64,000 nt of DNA, taken from Nanobdellota archaeon (GTDB taxonomy: Archaea; Nanobdellota; Nanobdellia; Woesearchaeales; UBA583). The position numbers were made by a program, and so were the translations under genes. The DNA lies in the NCBI GenBank assembly GCA_022565615.1, contig JAIUMM010000001.1:11680-75679 (forward strand), in the 5' to 3' direction. The notes below the pieces were generated by a model. The model was given only the letters and a program-made list of their open reading frames with translations. It was not told the DNA's origin and made no database searches. This document shows, piece by piece, positions 48,013 through 59,397 of the stretch; position 1 is the stretch's first letter, and every line of letters starts with the position of its first letter.

Positions 48013-48984
48013 TTAACTCAAAGTAATAATTGGCTTTGAGTTTGTTGAAAAAAAATCTCCAAGAGGAATATTCACACTAATAATTGAAGATGTTCTTGAA
48101 GGAGTATATGTCATCACTAATGTTTCATTTCCAACTTCTTCTCTTAAATCTGCAATTACATCTCTTAAATATCCAATTTCATCAATAAGTTCTAACTCTA
48201 ATGCTCTTCTACCTAAAAATATTTCACCAGTAGCAAGACTAGTTACATACTCAACACTTAAATTTCTATGTTGGGCAATATGTTCAATAAATTCCAAGTG
48301 AACGGTATCAAGTAAATTTTGCATCATAATTTTCTCATCTTCTCTTTGTTCTCTAAACGGACTCCCAATATCTTTAAACTCTCCAGCTGTTTGTTGTCTG
48401 TATGTAATATTCCACTCCTGAATAAATTCTTCAAATGAAAGTGTTGCACTTGTAACACCAATACTCCCAACAATTGAAAGAGGGGCTGAATAAATTTTAT
48501 CAGAACTCACAGCAATCCAATACGCTCCACTTGCACCTAAATCCGAAAATACGGTGTAAACAGGTTTTTTATCCTTTGCATATAAAATAGCTTGTGCAAT
48601 CTCATCACTTGCAACTGGACTTCCTCCAGGTGAATTGATGTCTAAAATAATCGCTTTAATTGAATTATCATCAGCTAATGTATAAATTTGATTTGCAATC
48701 ATTCTACTTGAAGCAGTATTTGAAAATAAAGAGATACTTGAACTTGTCGTAATTTCTCCACTAATTGGAACTACTGCAATTTTAGGAGCAATTGCAATAG
48801 TACAAGATGATATTAAAATTGAGAGAATTATTAAAATAATAATTGACCACACAACTCTTTTTACAGTTATAATAGAAGAAATTTTAGAACTATCGTCTCT
48901 ACTATTTTTAAAATTATTATTATTTCTTTTTTTGTCTTTTGATGAATCATCAGAATCATCATTTAGTTTAACATATTCAACCAT
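48013..48984 (-). CDS. sppA: signal peptide peptidase SppA (S49 family, 36K type)
   Basis: KAIILDINSPGGSPVASDEI...SDLGASGAYWIA (catalytic Ser region). N-terminal TM anchor. Confidence 0.75.
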   Translation of the reverse strand: MVEYVKLNDDSDDSSKDKKRNNNNFKNSRDDSSKISSIITVKRVVWSIIILIILSILISSCTIAIAPKIAVVPISGEITTSSSISLFSNTASSRMIANQIYTLADDNSIKAIILDINSPGGSPVASDEIAQAILYAKDKKPVYTVFSDLGASGAYWIAVSSDKIYSAPLSIVGSIGVTSATLSFEEFIQEWNITYRQQTAGEFKDIGSPFREQREDEKIMMQNLLDTVHLEFIEHIAQHRNLSVEYVTSLATGEIFLGRRALELELIDEIGYLRDVIADLREEVGNETLVMTYTPSRTSSIISVNIPLGDFFSTNSKPIITLS

Positions 48985-49044
48985 AAAAATTACAATTACT
49001 TATTTTATTTAAATATTTGTAAATAATTTTTCATAATCTTAATT

Positions 49045-49419
49045 TTAAATACCTATTGAAAAATCATCAGATATTATCTCAAGTTCATTTGAATAAAATT
49101 TTATTAATGTATTGAGAACTTTAGAATAGTTTTTTTCAACTATTTCGTAATGACCAATTTCTCCACCATATCCAAATCCTGAAAATGAAATACTACAATA
49201 ATATTGATTAGAATTTGTTAAAATTAATTCAAAATTATTTCCATCATATATTTGTGTTGGAATTTCTTGATACATTTTTTTTGTTTTCTTATTTTTAAAT
49301 CTAATTTTATCAATATTTTTTTTAAGAATTAATATGATTATCTCAGATGTGAGAGGATTAGTTGAATCAAATATTTTTAGAAGACTTAGATAATCATTAC
49401 TCTTTGGTTTAAATGTCAT
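49045..49419 (-). CDS. hypothetical protein
   Basis: 124-aa ORF with no recognised motifs. Confidence 0.35.
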   Translation of the reverse strand: MTFKPKSNDYLSLLKIFDSTNPLTSEIIILILKKNIDKIRFKNKKTKKMYQEIPTQIYDGNNFELILTNSNQYYCSISFSGFGYGGEIGHYEIVEKNYSKVLNTLIKFYSNELEIISDDFSIGI

Positions 49420-49618
49420 AGTTATTAGAAAACTTTTAAAGTTTAAATTATTTTCTCACAAATAATTTAAAATCTTCTTGGTCATTCATCTCTTGAATAA
49501 TTCTTTGAACTAATGCTTTAATGGGATCACCTAAAAATGAACATCTTTTTTCAATATCTTCAAAACTTTCAAAAAATTTATCATCTCTTTGCTCTAGAAT
49601 TTGTTTTAAATATTTTTT

Positions 49619-50029
49619 TCAAACTCCTGGAATTAATTCAAGTGCATGTTTTCTAATTGTAATTGCTCCAATATTGTTGAAAAATGAAACAAATTGCTCT
49701 TCTTTTTCTTTCACAATATCATAAATTACATATTCAAGTTCAGCATTAGCATCAGGAGTTAATTTGTCTGGCCAAATAGCTCTTTTAATAAATTGAATTT
49801 CATCTCTTTTACCATCTCCAATATATACTTTATCTCCCATTTTTATAGTAATACCTGGCTTTGGAGCAAGTTCTAAAAGAGTAAATAATGTAGTCCCAAT
49901 TGCTTGTACATTCATCTCATCTTTAAATTGTGAAGGAGAATAGACATCTAGGACTACAGCATACTCTTCTCTTGGAGCTTCTTTTTTTGGTGAATTAAAT
50001 TTTTTATTAGTTCGAGATTCCATTTTCAA
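49619..50029 (-). CDS. DUF655-family protein conserved downstream of rpoF in archaea
   Basis: 136 aa. The AVVLDVY...KVYIGDG...AIW pattern and its position after rpl21e-rpoF match the conserved archaeal cluster. Confidence 0.5.
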   Translation of the reverse strand: MKMESRTNKKFNSPKKEAPREEYAVVLDVYSPSQFKDEMNVQAIGTTLFTLLELAPKPGITIKMGDKVYIGDGKRDEIQFIKRAIWPDKLTPDANAELEYVIYDIVKEKEEQFVSFFNNIGAITIRKHALELIPGV

Positions 50030-50197
50030 TTATATGTTTGTATTGTATTTGTTTGTGATTTATAAATTTATTTTATCTTTTTATCGTAAATTTAATATTA
50101 TAGTTATTACAACTATTATTTATTTTAATACTATTTAATGTCAATTATTTTTTATGATTTTTAAAAATAAATGAAATTTGTAACTAATATCTAAATA

Positions 50198-50536
50198 TTA
50201 GTATTTTTTTAAAATTGATAAAATCTGTTCGACTGTCTCATCAACTACAATCACACCTCCGTGACTAATAATTGATCTTAGTTCAGTTCCATTTTTAGGC
50301 ATAATTTCTAAAATTTTAATTAGTTGTGCCTCTTCAATTCTTGCAATATTTAAATCTTTTAGTTCTTGAAGTGCTGTTTCAAATTCAGAACTTGATAATT
50401 TATTAAATTTTTTTAAATATTCAAGTACTTTCTCTTCTCTATATGTAAGTTCTCTCTCTTCTAGTTTAGAATTAAGATTTTCCATAATTTTGGAGGAGTG
50501 AGTTGGTTTTTTGTTAACAATTTCATAATTTGCCAT
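50198..50536 (-). CDS. rpoF: DNA-directed RNA polymerase subunit F (Rpo4/Rpb4-like)
   Basis: 112 aa and helical, with an HRDC-like C-terminal segment. It sits in the conserved rpl21e-rpoF-DUF655 cluster. Confidence 0.6.
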   Translation of the reverse strand: MANYEIVNKKPTHSSKIMENLNSKLEERELTYREEKVLEYLKKFNKLSSSEFETALQELKDLNIARIEEAQLIKILEIMPKNGTELRSIISHGGVIVVDETVEQILSILKKY

Positions 50537-50595
50537 TTTTAAAATAATAATGTTTGAAGATTAACTTCAGTAATTTTTAGATAATAAAGTTCTAT

Positions 50596-50883
50596 CTAAA
50601 TTTTTTGTAAGTGAACAGGATGAGCTAAACATTGTTTAACTTTATTTCCATCTTTAATTTTAACTAAAACACAATCTCCTTGTTTTCTAGTAACTTCTCC
50701 AACTCTTCCATGAAATCTTGGAAAAAACATTCCACCCATGTGAGATGGCTCTAATTTTAATACAACTCTCTCTCCAATTTCAAATTCCTGTAAAATTTTA
50801 GTAATTGGGAGTTTTCCTTTATTTGAAATTGATTGTCTCAACTTATATCTTGATTTTCTTCTAAATCCACCGATTCTTTTCAT
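50596..50883 (-). CDS. rpl21e: 50S ribosomal protein L21e
   Basis: MKRIGGFRRKSRYKL ... HMGGMFFPRFHGRVGEV matches L21e. Confidence 0.85.
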   Translation of the reverse strand: MKRIGGFRRKSRYKLRQSISNKGKLPITKILQEFEIGERVVLKLEPSHMGGMFFPRFHGRVGEVTRKQGDCVLVKIKDGNKVKQCLAHPVHLQKI

Positions 50884-51140
50884 TTTTCAGCATGTATTAT
50901 ATTATAGCAAATATCTATTTACTACAACGTTTACTATAAATTAATATCTATTAGTTTTTAAAGCTTATCTTTTAGATTCTAATTATCCTTAATTATTTTC
51001 AAATATTATAATCATTATTAATTAAAAAATATTTTATTATCTTTAATTTTAAATAATTATGAATTAAGTTCAACTGTATTTGAAAATTAGAACTATTTTA
51101 ATACTAACTTTTATAAACACAATCTTATTTTTTTAAATAG

Positions 51141-51245
51141 ATGAAGAGAAGTTCAAGAAGATGGAAAAAGCCAGGTCAAATGAGATGGAAATGGCAAAAA
51201 AAAATTGTAAGAGCTAGAAAAAGAAAATTAAGAAATAATAGATAA
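51141..51245 (+). CDS. rpl41e: ribosomal protein L41e (34 aa, extremely basic)
   Basis: Translates to MKRSSRRWKKPGQMRWKWQKKIVRARKRKLRNNR and fits the eL41 pattern RxWKKxGxMRWKWxKK. Missed by the ORF track. Confidence 0.65.
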   Translation: MKRSSRRWKKPGQMRWKWQKKIVRARKRKLRNNR

Positions 51246-51361
51246 ATATTTTAATTTATATTTATTATTAATTTAAACAATTTTTTTTCTAGAAATTAAT
51301 TATCATTATGTTTGTATTATTGGTTTAATTATTTCTATTATATAACTATTATAATTCTAAA

Positions 51362-52087
51362 ATGGAAGAAATCAATGTATTTTTATTTAAAAATCAAATC
51401 TTATCTAAAATTCAGTATTTAGAACAATTAAAATTTAATTCAAATGATGAATTTTATAATATAACCAATATTCAATCTCAATTTTTATCAACATATATAA
51501 AATTAAAATCTCCAAAAAAAGTATTAGAATTTGGAACTTCTAATGGATATTCATTATTGGCAATAGTACTTGGAATTCTTAAGAATATTGAAGATTTTCA
51601 AACTGGTAAGTTTGATGTTAATAATAATTATAATATATTTGAGTTAAGTGAGTTACATTCAATTTTGAATTCTATTCAATGTGTTTCAGTTGAAATTGAT
51701 GAAAACAGATTTAACTTTGCAACTCAAAGAGTTTTTAATGATATTAATTTACCTTTTGTAGTAGATATTTTAAATATTGATATGTTTAATTTTCACTCTT
51801 TCACGTTAGAAAAAAATAATTATTTAAATTTTGATGTTATATTTGTAGATTGTAATCAAGAACGTTATGAAGAAGTGCTAGAGTATATTATTGATAATAC
51901 GTTATTATCTATTTCTGGTTCAATTATATTTGAAAATGTTTTAAGTCATAAACATTCATTTAATTTTATCTCTCAGATTAAAAATACTCAAGTATCAGTT
52001 AAAAACTTTAAATTTAAAAATATAGAATTCGATTTAATTGAATATCCAATTCATAACGGTTTTTTAGAACTTAAAAGAAAAACTTGA
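51362..52087 (+). CDS. class I SAM-dependent O-methyltransferase (caffeoyl-CoA OMT-like family)
   Basis: Motif I KVLEFGTSNGYSLLAI and post-II FDVIFVDCNQERY are typical of family 3 O-MTases. Confidence 0.55.
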   Translation: MEEINVFLFKNQILSKIQYLEQLKFNSNDEFYNITNIQSQFLSTYIKLKSPKKVLEFGTSNGYSLLAIVLGILKNIEDFQTGKFDVNNNYNIFELSELHSILNSIQCVSVEIDENRFNFATQRVFNDINLPFVVDILNIDMFNFHSFTLEKNNYLNFDVIFVDCNQERYEEVLEYIIDNTLLSISGSIIFENVLSHKHSFNFISQIKNTQVSVKNFKFKNIEFDLIEYPIHNGFLELKRKT

Positions 52088-54147
52088 ATTTCTTTTAAAT
52101 TTAAAAGTATAGTAGTTCTAGAGAAATGTTGAGATTTATTCTTATTTGAATTAAGTTGAGTATTTTTAGTATTTATACTTAATTCATCATAAAGTTCAAT
52201 ATTACAATTTAAATTTAATTCTTGTATAAATTTATGATATGTGTTTGAAGTTTTAATGATTATTGAATTAGAGTTATTATGTAAATATTTTTTCATTTTA
52301 AAAAGTGAAGTGATAATTTTTGTTATATTTAAATTTTCAGAAGTGATTTTAGGAATAGTTAATTCTATATTTTTATATGTATTTAAATCATTAAAAAATG
52401 TGAAATCTAATGAGTTAAACAATGTTAGTAATTCTAAATGTAATACGTTTGATGAACTTGAATTATTATGTAAAGTGGTGTTTAGAATATCTGTAAAACT
52501 ATTTTTAAATTTTTCAATGCTGTAGACTAAAATGGTATATTCATATATAAATTCTTCTTCATTTTTAATAATGGAAGTAATAGTTGTTATTTGCAACATA
52601 ATATTATTAATTTTTGTTAATTTATTATTCAAAAGAGAGAATATAATTAGAACTTTATTTTCCCAATTAATTGAAGAAGTATTTTCAAAAATGATTGTTT
52701 TAATTTCTTGAGTTATTTGTCTAAAAATTGACTCAATTGTGTAAATAGCATTTAAAAGAACATTTTTTAGTGATATATCTGAAGTTGAACTCAAGTTAGT
52801 TGGAATTTTAGTTAATTGAATTGTTAAATTTTGGGTAAATTCAATGATTTTTTTAAATTGATTTATTTTAAAAATTATTTTTTTAAAATTAAAATTAGTA
52901 ATTGTTATTTTTTTAATTGAGGAACTAAATTGAAGTTTTGTTGATGTTTCAATTTGGTTTTCAGATGGAGAGTTATTTTTTTGAGTTTGATTTGTATTAA
53001 GATTAATTCCAAGTTTTTTACATTGTTCTACAAAGAGTTTGTTATTAATATCGTTTGAAAAAAATTGCTTTAGTATATGATATTCAAGAGGATTTGAGTA
53101 AATTTTAGAGAAGAGAATGCTAGTTAAATATTGTTCAAATTTAAATGAAATATAAAATGGTGTATAAAATAATTGAGAAAAAGAGTCATCTTTAACAATT
53201 AATTCTTCTAATTCTTTAGAGTCATATTCAAAATGGACTCCATTTTTTTCTAGAAAGTCTTCTTTATTTTTAAATGGGTAATAAATTGGATAATTTGGTG
53301 CAATGTAGAGGGGAAGAGGCAAATTTTCTCTATGGGATGTTATAATTTCAAGTTCTACATTAGGAATTATTTTATAAAAATATTGAGTTGTAATATGGTG
53401 AAATAAAATGTCTTTTTCTTCTTCTATTACTTCAAGAGGATAATTACTAAGAGCACATTCAATAATTTCTGCTTCTTCAAAATGAGGAGAAGATACTTGT
53501 TTAGTAATTGAATAATGGAGATATTTATGTATTAAAGAGAGAAATTTTTTATTTGAACTAATATCATATAAAAATAAATGTTCATTAATTGAATAAATTA
53601 AATCTAATGAATTAATATGAGGAGTAAATAAAATTTTATCAAATAATAATTCTTCAACAATTCTAATATTTTCTTGTTTATGTTTATTTCTTGGCATTAA
53701 AAATGAAATATTTCTTGAAAAAGGAGTTTTATAATTAAAGTTTTCAAAAAGTTCAACTTCAATTTCCTCAAGTATTGTAAATTCCTTTTGAAGATATTCT
53801 ATTTGTTTTTCATAAATTAAATATGTTTTAAATTCATATTCTATTCTCAATATTTTAGTCCCAATTTCAAGAATAATATTAATTCCAAGTAAATGTTCAA
53901 GAGGAGTTGCAAATATTAAAAATCCTTGAGTTTTAATTTCATTGATAATAAGTTCATATTCAAGTCCAATTAAAGTTATATTTGAAAAATATTTCATACT
54001 AATTTCTTTTTCATTGACAATTAAATTTGGATTTGTTAGAGGAGTTGAATAATATTCTTGTTCAATTCTAAGTATTGAAGGATCTTCAAAATTTAATATT
54101 TGTAACAAATTAAATGCAACTTCTTTTGGAATTTTAGAGCCCCTCAT
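52051..54147 (-). CDS. large hypothetical protein (698 aa), N/I/K-rich
   Basis: Long ORF with the genome-typical composition. No motif recognised. Confidence 0.5.
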   Translation of the reverse strand: MRGSKIPKEVAFNLLQILNFEDPSILRIEQEYYSTPLTNPNLIVNEKEISMKYFSNITLIGLEYELIINEIKTQGFLIFATPLEHLLGINIILEIGTKILRIEYEFKTYLIYEKQIEYLQKEFTILEEIEVELFENFNYKTPFSRNISFLMPRNKHKQENIRIVEELLFDKILFTPHINSLDLIYSINEHLFLYDISSNKKFLSLIHKYLHYSITKQVSSPHFEEAEIIECALSNYPLEVIEEEKDILFHHITTQYFYKIIPNVELEIITSHRENLPLPLYIAPNYPIYYPFKNKEDFLEKNGVHFEYDSKELEELIVKDDSFSQLFYTPFYISFKFEQYLTSILFSKIYSNPLEYHILKQFFSNDINNKLFVEQCKKLGINLNTNQTQKNNSPSENQIETSTKLQFSSSIKKITITNFNFKKIIFKINQFKKIIEFTQNLTIQLTKIPTNLSSTSDISLKNVLLNAIYTIESIFRQITQEIKTIIFENTSSINWENKVLIIFSLLNNKLTKINNIMLQITTITSIIKNEEEFIYEYTILVYSIEKFKNSFTDILNTTLHNNSSSSNVLHLELLTLFNSLDFTFFNDLNTYKNIELTIPKITSENLNITKIITSLFKMKKYLHNNSNSIIIKTSNTYHKFIQELNLNCNIELYDELSINTKNTQLNSNKNKSQHFSRTTILLNLKEIQVFLLSSKKPL

Positions 54148-54244
54148 TTTTTTAATAATTATTTAACTTTTTTTAAACAGTTGAATTTTTCAATAACTTA
54201 CACTTTTTAAAGTATAATAACTCAGTAATAATGATTAATAGTAA

Positions 54245-54592
54245 TTATGTTATTATTACAATATTTTGAGAGTCTTCATCAAAAAATGTATTTTTAATTG
54301 GAAGTTCTCTAAGAGTTTCATGAGTTACAACTTTACCATTTTCTAATTGTGCAATAATTTCAAATCTATCAAATCTAATATCTTGTAAATTTTCAAATTC
54401 TAATACTCTAATTTCTATTTTTGAATGTTCACCAAATAAAATAATTGTCCTCTCCAATTCTGCAAGACTCATTCTCATATAATATTCATCATTATAATAA
54501 TTCATAGGAATTGCAATAATTACAAGAATTGCAATAATTACTATCAATAATTGAAATACATCTTTGAGAAGAATTGAAGTTAGTAAGCTCAT
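54245..54592 (-). CDS. small membrane-anchored protein
   Basis: 115-aa ORF with an N-terminal TM helix. Confidence 0.4.
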   Translation of the reverse strand: MSLLTSILLKDVFQLLIVIIAILVIIAIPMNYYNDEYYMRMSLAELERTIILFGEHSKIEIRVLEFENLQDIRFDRFEIIAQLENGKVVTHETLRELPIKNTFFDEDSQNIVIIT

Positions 54593-54684
54593 TATTTATT
54601 TTATATTGAAGTTTTTTATTAATATTTAGAAAAATTAAAGAGTTGTAACAATTTCTAAAGAATTTAGTTTATAACAATTAATTT

Positions 54685-55239
54685 TTAACTAAATTTTCTT
54701 CCAATCCACGCAATATTGCTAGCCCATCTCGGATTTGTAGCATAAGGAACTGCATGCATTTCATCAAGAGTTGTTGTATTTCTCCTATTATGAATATAAT
54801 TCTCTGCAATCCACTGAGCTCCTCTATAAATTCCATCTTCAGGAGATTCAAATACAAATGCATTATTAGAATTATGGTCAAATGATCCAATTCCAAATCC
54901 ATTATGTCTATTTTTCCACTCTCCACTTTGCCCATATCCGGTCTCTTCACTAAAGTGTCCAATTAAATATCTTGTATCTAGTTGAAAATCCTCTCCTGCT
55001 CTTGTGAAAATTGGTAATAAATTTTCTAATCTTTGAAAATGTCCATGTTGCTTTAAAAAATTCTCTGCATTATCATAGTCAATTGGAATATATCTATTTA
55101 GTTGAGATGTTGTTGTAAGTTCAGGGAATTCTTCTACATTAGCATTTCCATATGCTTTACTTGGGGGTAAAATTAAACTTGCAACTCCTCCTCCAACAAT
55201 TCTTTTCATAAATCCTCTTCTCTTTATTCTTTCTTCCAT
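54685..55239 (-). CDS. GH73-family peptidoglycan N-acetylglucosaminidase with a Tat-type signal peptide
   Basis: Tat-like KRRGFMKRIVGGGVASLIL..AYG. GH73 blocks are GHFSEETGYGQS (catalytic Glu), NGFGIG, and YATNPRWASNIAWI (compare YATDPNYA). Confidence 0.65.
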   Translation of the reverse strand: MEERIKRRGFMKRIVGGGVASLILPPSKAYGNANVEEFPELTTTSQLNRYIPIDYDNAENFLKQHGHFQRLENLLPIFTRAGEDFQLDTRYLIGHFSEETGYGQSGEWKNRHNGFGIGSFDHNSNNAFVFESPEDGIYRGAQWIAENYIHNRRNTTTLDEMHAVPYATNPRWASNIAWIGRKFS

Positions 55240-55353
55240 TTTTCCAATGTAGGAAGAATTGAACTAACTTCATAAGAGTTTATCATACAATTATTTGTAT
55301 ATTTGTATTTATATGGATTAAAATTAAAATAATTAAAATTTTATTAAAATAAT

Positions 55354-57102
<1,749 letters not shown>

Positions 57103-57208
57103 TTATACTTTGAAGAAAAACAAAGACGTTTATAAAATTTTGGGGGGAGAGAAAGAATTTAGATTATAAATTTATTCTAATATCTCAGATTAATTTATAA
57201 ATTATGAC

Positions 57209-58252
57209 TTGTTACTACTATTAGTTAAAATGTCAAAAAAATCTTTTAATAAATTACCTCCCACAGGATTTATGCTTGCAAGTTCTATTTTAGGAATTGA
57301 GGGTGCTAATTATTCTAGAAAATTAATTGAAGAGGGAATAAATAAAGATTATACATTTGGAAATAATGTTATGAGAAGTGTCTGTTCACAATCAAATCAA
57401 ACTCCAAGAAATTATGGGGAATCTGAATTTTTAAAAACTGAGTTATCTTCAGTTGATGCAATTAGAGCTTTTGCAAGACGATTTGAGATTTCAATTAAAT
57501 CATTATCAGTTGAAGCACAGCGTTCAATTAATTTAGGGTATGAACCACAAGATGTGAGAAAATTTCATATGAAAGAATTAAATTTTGAAGATAATGAAGA
57601 TCCTTTAATTTTATTTTCTAAGAGAAGAAAATCTTCTCTTGAATCAAAAATTGTTAAAACATTTGAGAGAATTACAAAATATAGAAAGACTGAATTTGGA
57701 AAAAGAGATGAAAATTTTGAAATGTTAAAATCTTCTTTTCAATGTTTAGAAGAAGATTTTGGTTATAACTTACTTAGTTGGAGAAGCTCAAGAGAAACTC
57801 CATTTGAAATATGTGACATTTGTTCTTCAGATTTTTCTGCTGTAACATATGTTATAAATTCTACAAGATTAAATAGTGAAGGAGAAATTGAAGAAATAAC
57901 TAATAGGAATGAGTTAAGAAAGAGAATTGATTTAGTTCTTTCATATGCAATATTTGGAGGGAATAGAATGATTTTTAATGAGAAAGATAATTTTCAAAAA
58001 GATGAAAGAGATAGGGCATTATCTTTTTATACTCAAAATCCTAGGACATTTAGAGCATTTGAAACGAGAATTATTACTCCAAGAGATTTAATTGAAGCTA
58101 CAATTGGAGATAGATATCATGATGGATATAAAGTAATTCAGCAAGGGAAGATTGAAGAGTTACGAAGAGAAGACCCATTTTTTGCAAAGTTAGTAAATAA
58201 TACTTTAGACAAATACAGGTATTCAAGTTTTAGTGAATTATGTAAAAAATAA
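57209..58252 (+). CDS. hypothetical protein
   Basis: 347-aa ORF with composition less AT-skewed than its neighbours. No motif recognised. Confidence 0.45.
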   Translation: MLLLLVKMSKKSFNKLPPTGFMLASSILGIEGANYSRKLIEEGINKDYTFGNNVMRSVCSQSNQTPRNYGESEFLKTELSSVDAIRAFARRFEISIKSLSVEAQRSINLGYEPQDVRKFHMKELNFEDNEDPLILFSKRRKSSLESKIVKTFERITKYRKTEFGKRDENFEMLKSSFQCLEEDFGYNLLSWRSSRETPFEICDICSSDFSAVTYVINSTRLNSEGEIEEITNRNELRKRIDLVLSYAIFGGNRMIFNEKDNFQKDERDRALSFYTQNPRTFRAFETRIITPRDLIEATIGDRYHDGYKVIQQGKIEELRREDPFFAKLVNNTLDKYRYSSFSELCKK

Positions 58253-58270
58253 ACTAAACTAGTTTAAATA

Positions 58271-59302
58271 TTAAAACCAGCTCTTTGGATAGACTCCTTT
58301 GTGCATAAATACTTTTTCAGTCTTTATAGCAGCTCCTTTATCTTTTTTTAATATTTCACTTCCACTCATAAATGCTGTTCCAATTGCAACTAACTCTCCT
58401 CTTCCACTCATTAAAGCAACTTCTTCTCCCATATCAATTTCATCATCTACTAATAATATACCAGGAATTCCAACATCTGAGCCATGAGTAATTGTTGAGA
58501 TAGCAGTATCTCTAAGCACTACTTTTTTTAAATCATCAAGTAATTCTTCCATTGGTAAAATGTGTTGTCTGAGTTTTAATTCAATTTTCTTTAAAGTGTC
58601 TTGTATTTCATTTTGTTTTGCTACATCTTTTTCTTTTTTTAGTTTCTTTTCATACTCTTTATATACATCCCACAATGAATGTAGTTCATCAGTTGAGATG
58701 AGTGCAGGACTTTTTTCATCTTTTGGTCCTGCTTTTAATCTTCTAAGTTCCATCATTTGAGCATTCACTTTTAAGCTCTCTCCAATATCTGTACAGAGCT
58801 TTCGAATATATGTTCCATGTTGACACATCACTTCAAATAATACATATTGATTTTCTTGACTTGTTTCAATAACTTCTAATTTGTAAATTTCTCTCTCTCT
58901 TGCTCTTCTTTTCACAGCTGAAATTAAAGGTGGAGTTTGCATAATTTTACCTCTAAATTTTTGAAGAGTAAGTTCAAGTTGAGCATCACTTACTGGTTTG
59001 TGAATATACATTAAACACATATACGTTTTAGGTGATTTGAGCATATATTCCATTAAACGAGTTGCTCTATTAAGACCAATAATCAAAACTCCACTTACTT
59101 GTGGGTCAAGTGTTCCACTATGTCCTGCTTTTTCAACTTTTAAAATATTCTTTACATTTTCAACAACTTTATGTGAAGTTGGGCCACAGTCTTTATCAAC
59201 AACTAAACAACCAGTATCAAGAAGTTCTCTAAGAGTTCTTTTATGTGGTTCACATCCAAATTTTTGAGAAATAGAATCATTAAATTTTTGTTTCATAACC
59301 AT
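58271..59302 (-). CDS. cbf5: H/ACA RNP pseudouridine synthase Cbf5 (TruB family plus PUA)
   Basis: TruB catalytic GHSGTLDPQVSGVL. The C-terminal PUA reads ELVAIGTAFMSG...HKGVYPKSW. Confidence 0.85.
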   Translation of the reverse strand: MVMKQKFNDSISQKFGCEPHKRTLRELLDTGCLVVDKDCGPTSHKVVENVKNILKVEKAGHSGTLDPQVSGVLIIGLNRATRLMEYMLKSPKTYMCLMYIHKPVSDAQLELTLQKFRGKIMQTPPLISAVKRRAREREIYKLEVIETSQENQYVLFEVMCQHGTYIRKLCTDIGESLKVNAQMMELRRLKAGPKDEKSPALISTDELHSLWDVYKEYEKKLKKEKDVAKQNEIQDTLKKIELKLRQHILPMEELLDDLKKVVLRDTAISTITHGSDVGIPGILLVDDEIDMGEEVALMSGRGELVAIGTAFMSGSEILKKDKGAAIKTEKVFMHKGVYPKSWF

Positions 59303-59397
59303 TATTATACATATTTAAATACAGATATAATTATAAACTTTTAGAAAAATATATCTAGAAGAGGGAGGAGGGAGAGATTTGTTTTTAAAAGAGGGTT

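Noticed and set aside
54678-54962. 94-aa ORF overlapping the GH73 gene in another frame. Others of the same kind are 38002..38274 over the mazEF pair, 52241..52525 over the 698-aa gene, 55560..55781 over atpA, 60806..61003 over the small membrane protein, and 61737..61919 and 62004..62216 over the FGase and lipoprotein genes
   Set aside because: They sit in alternative frames of better-supported longer ORFs that carry recognisable motifs.
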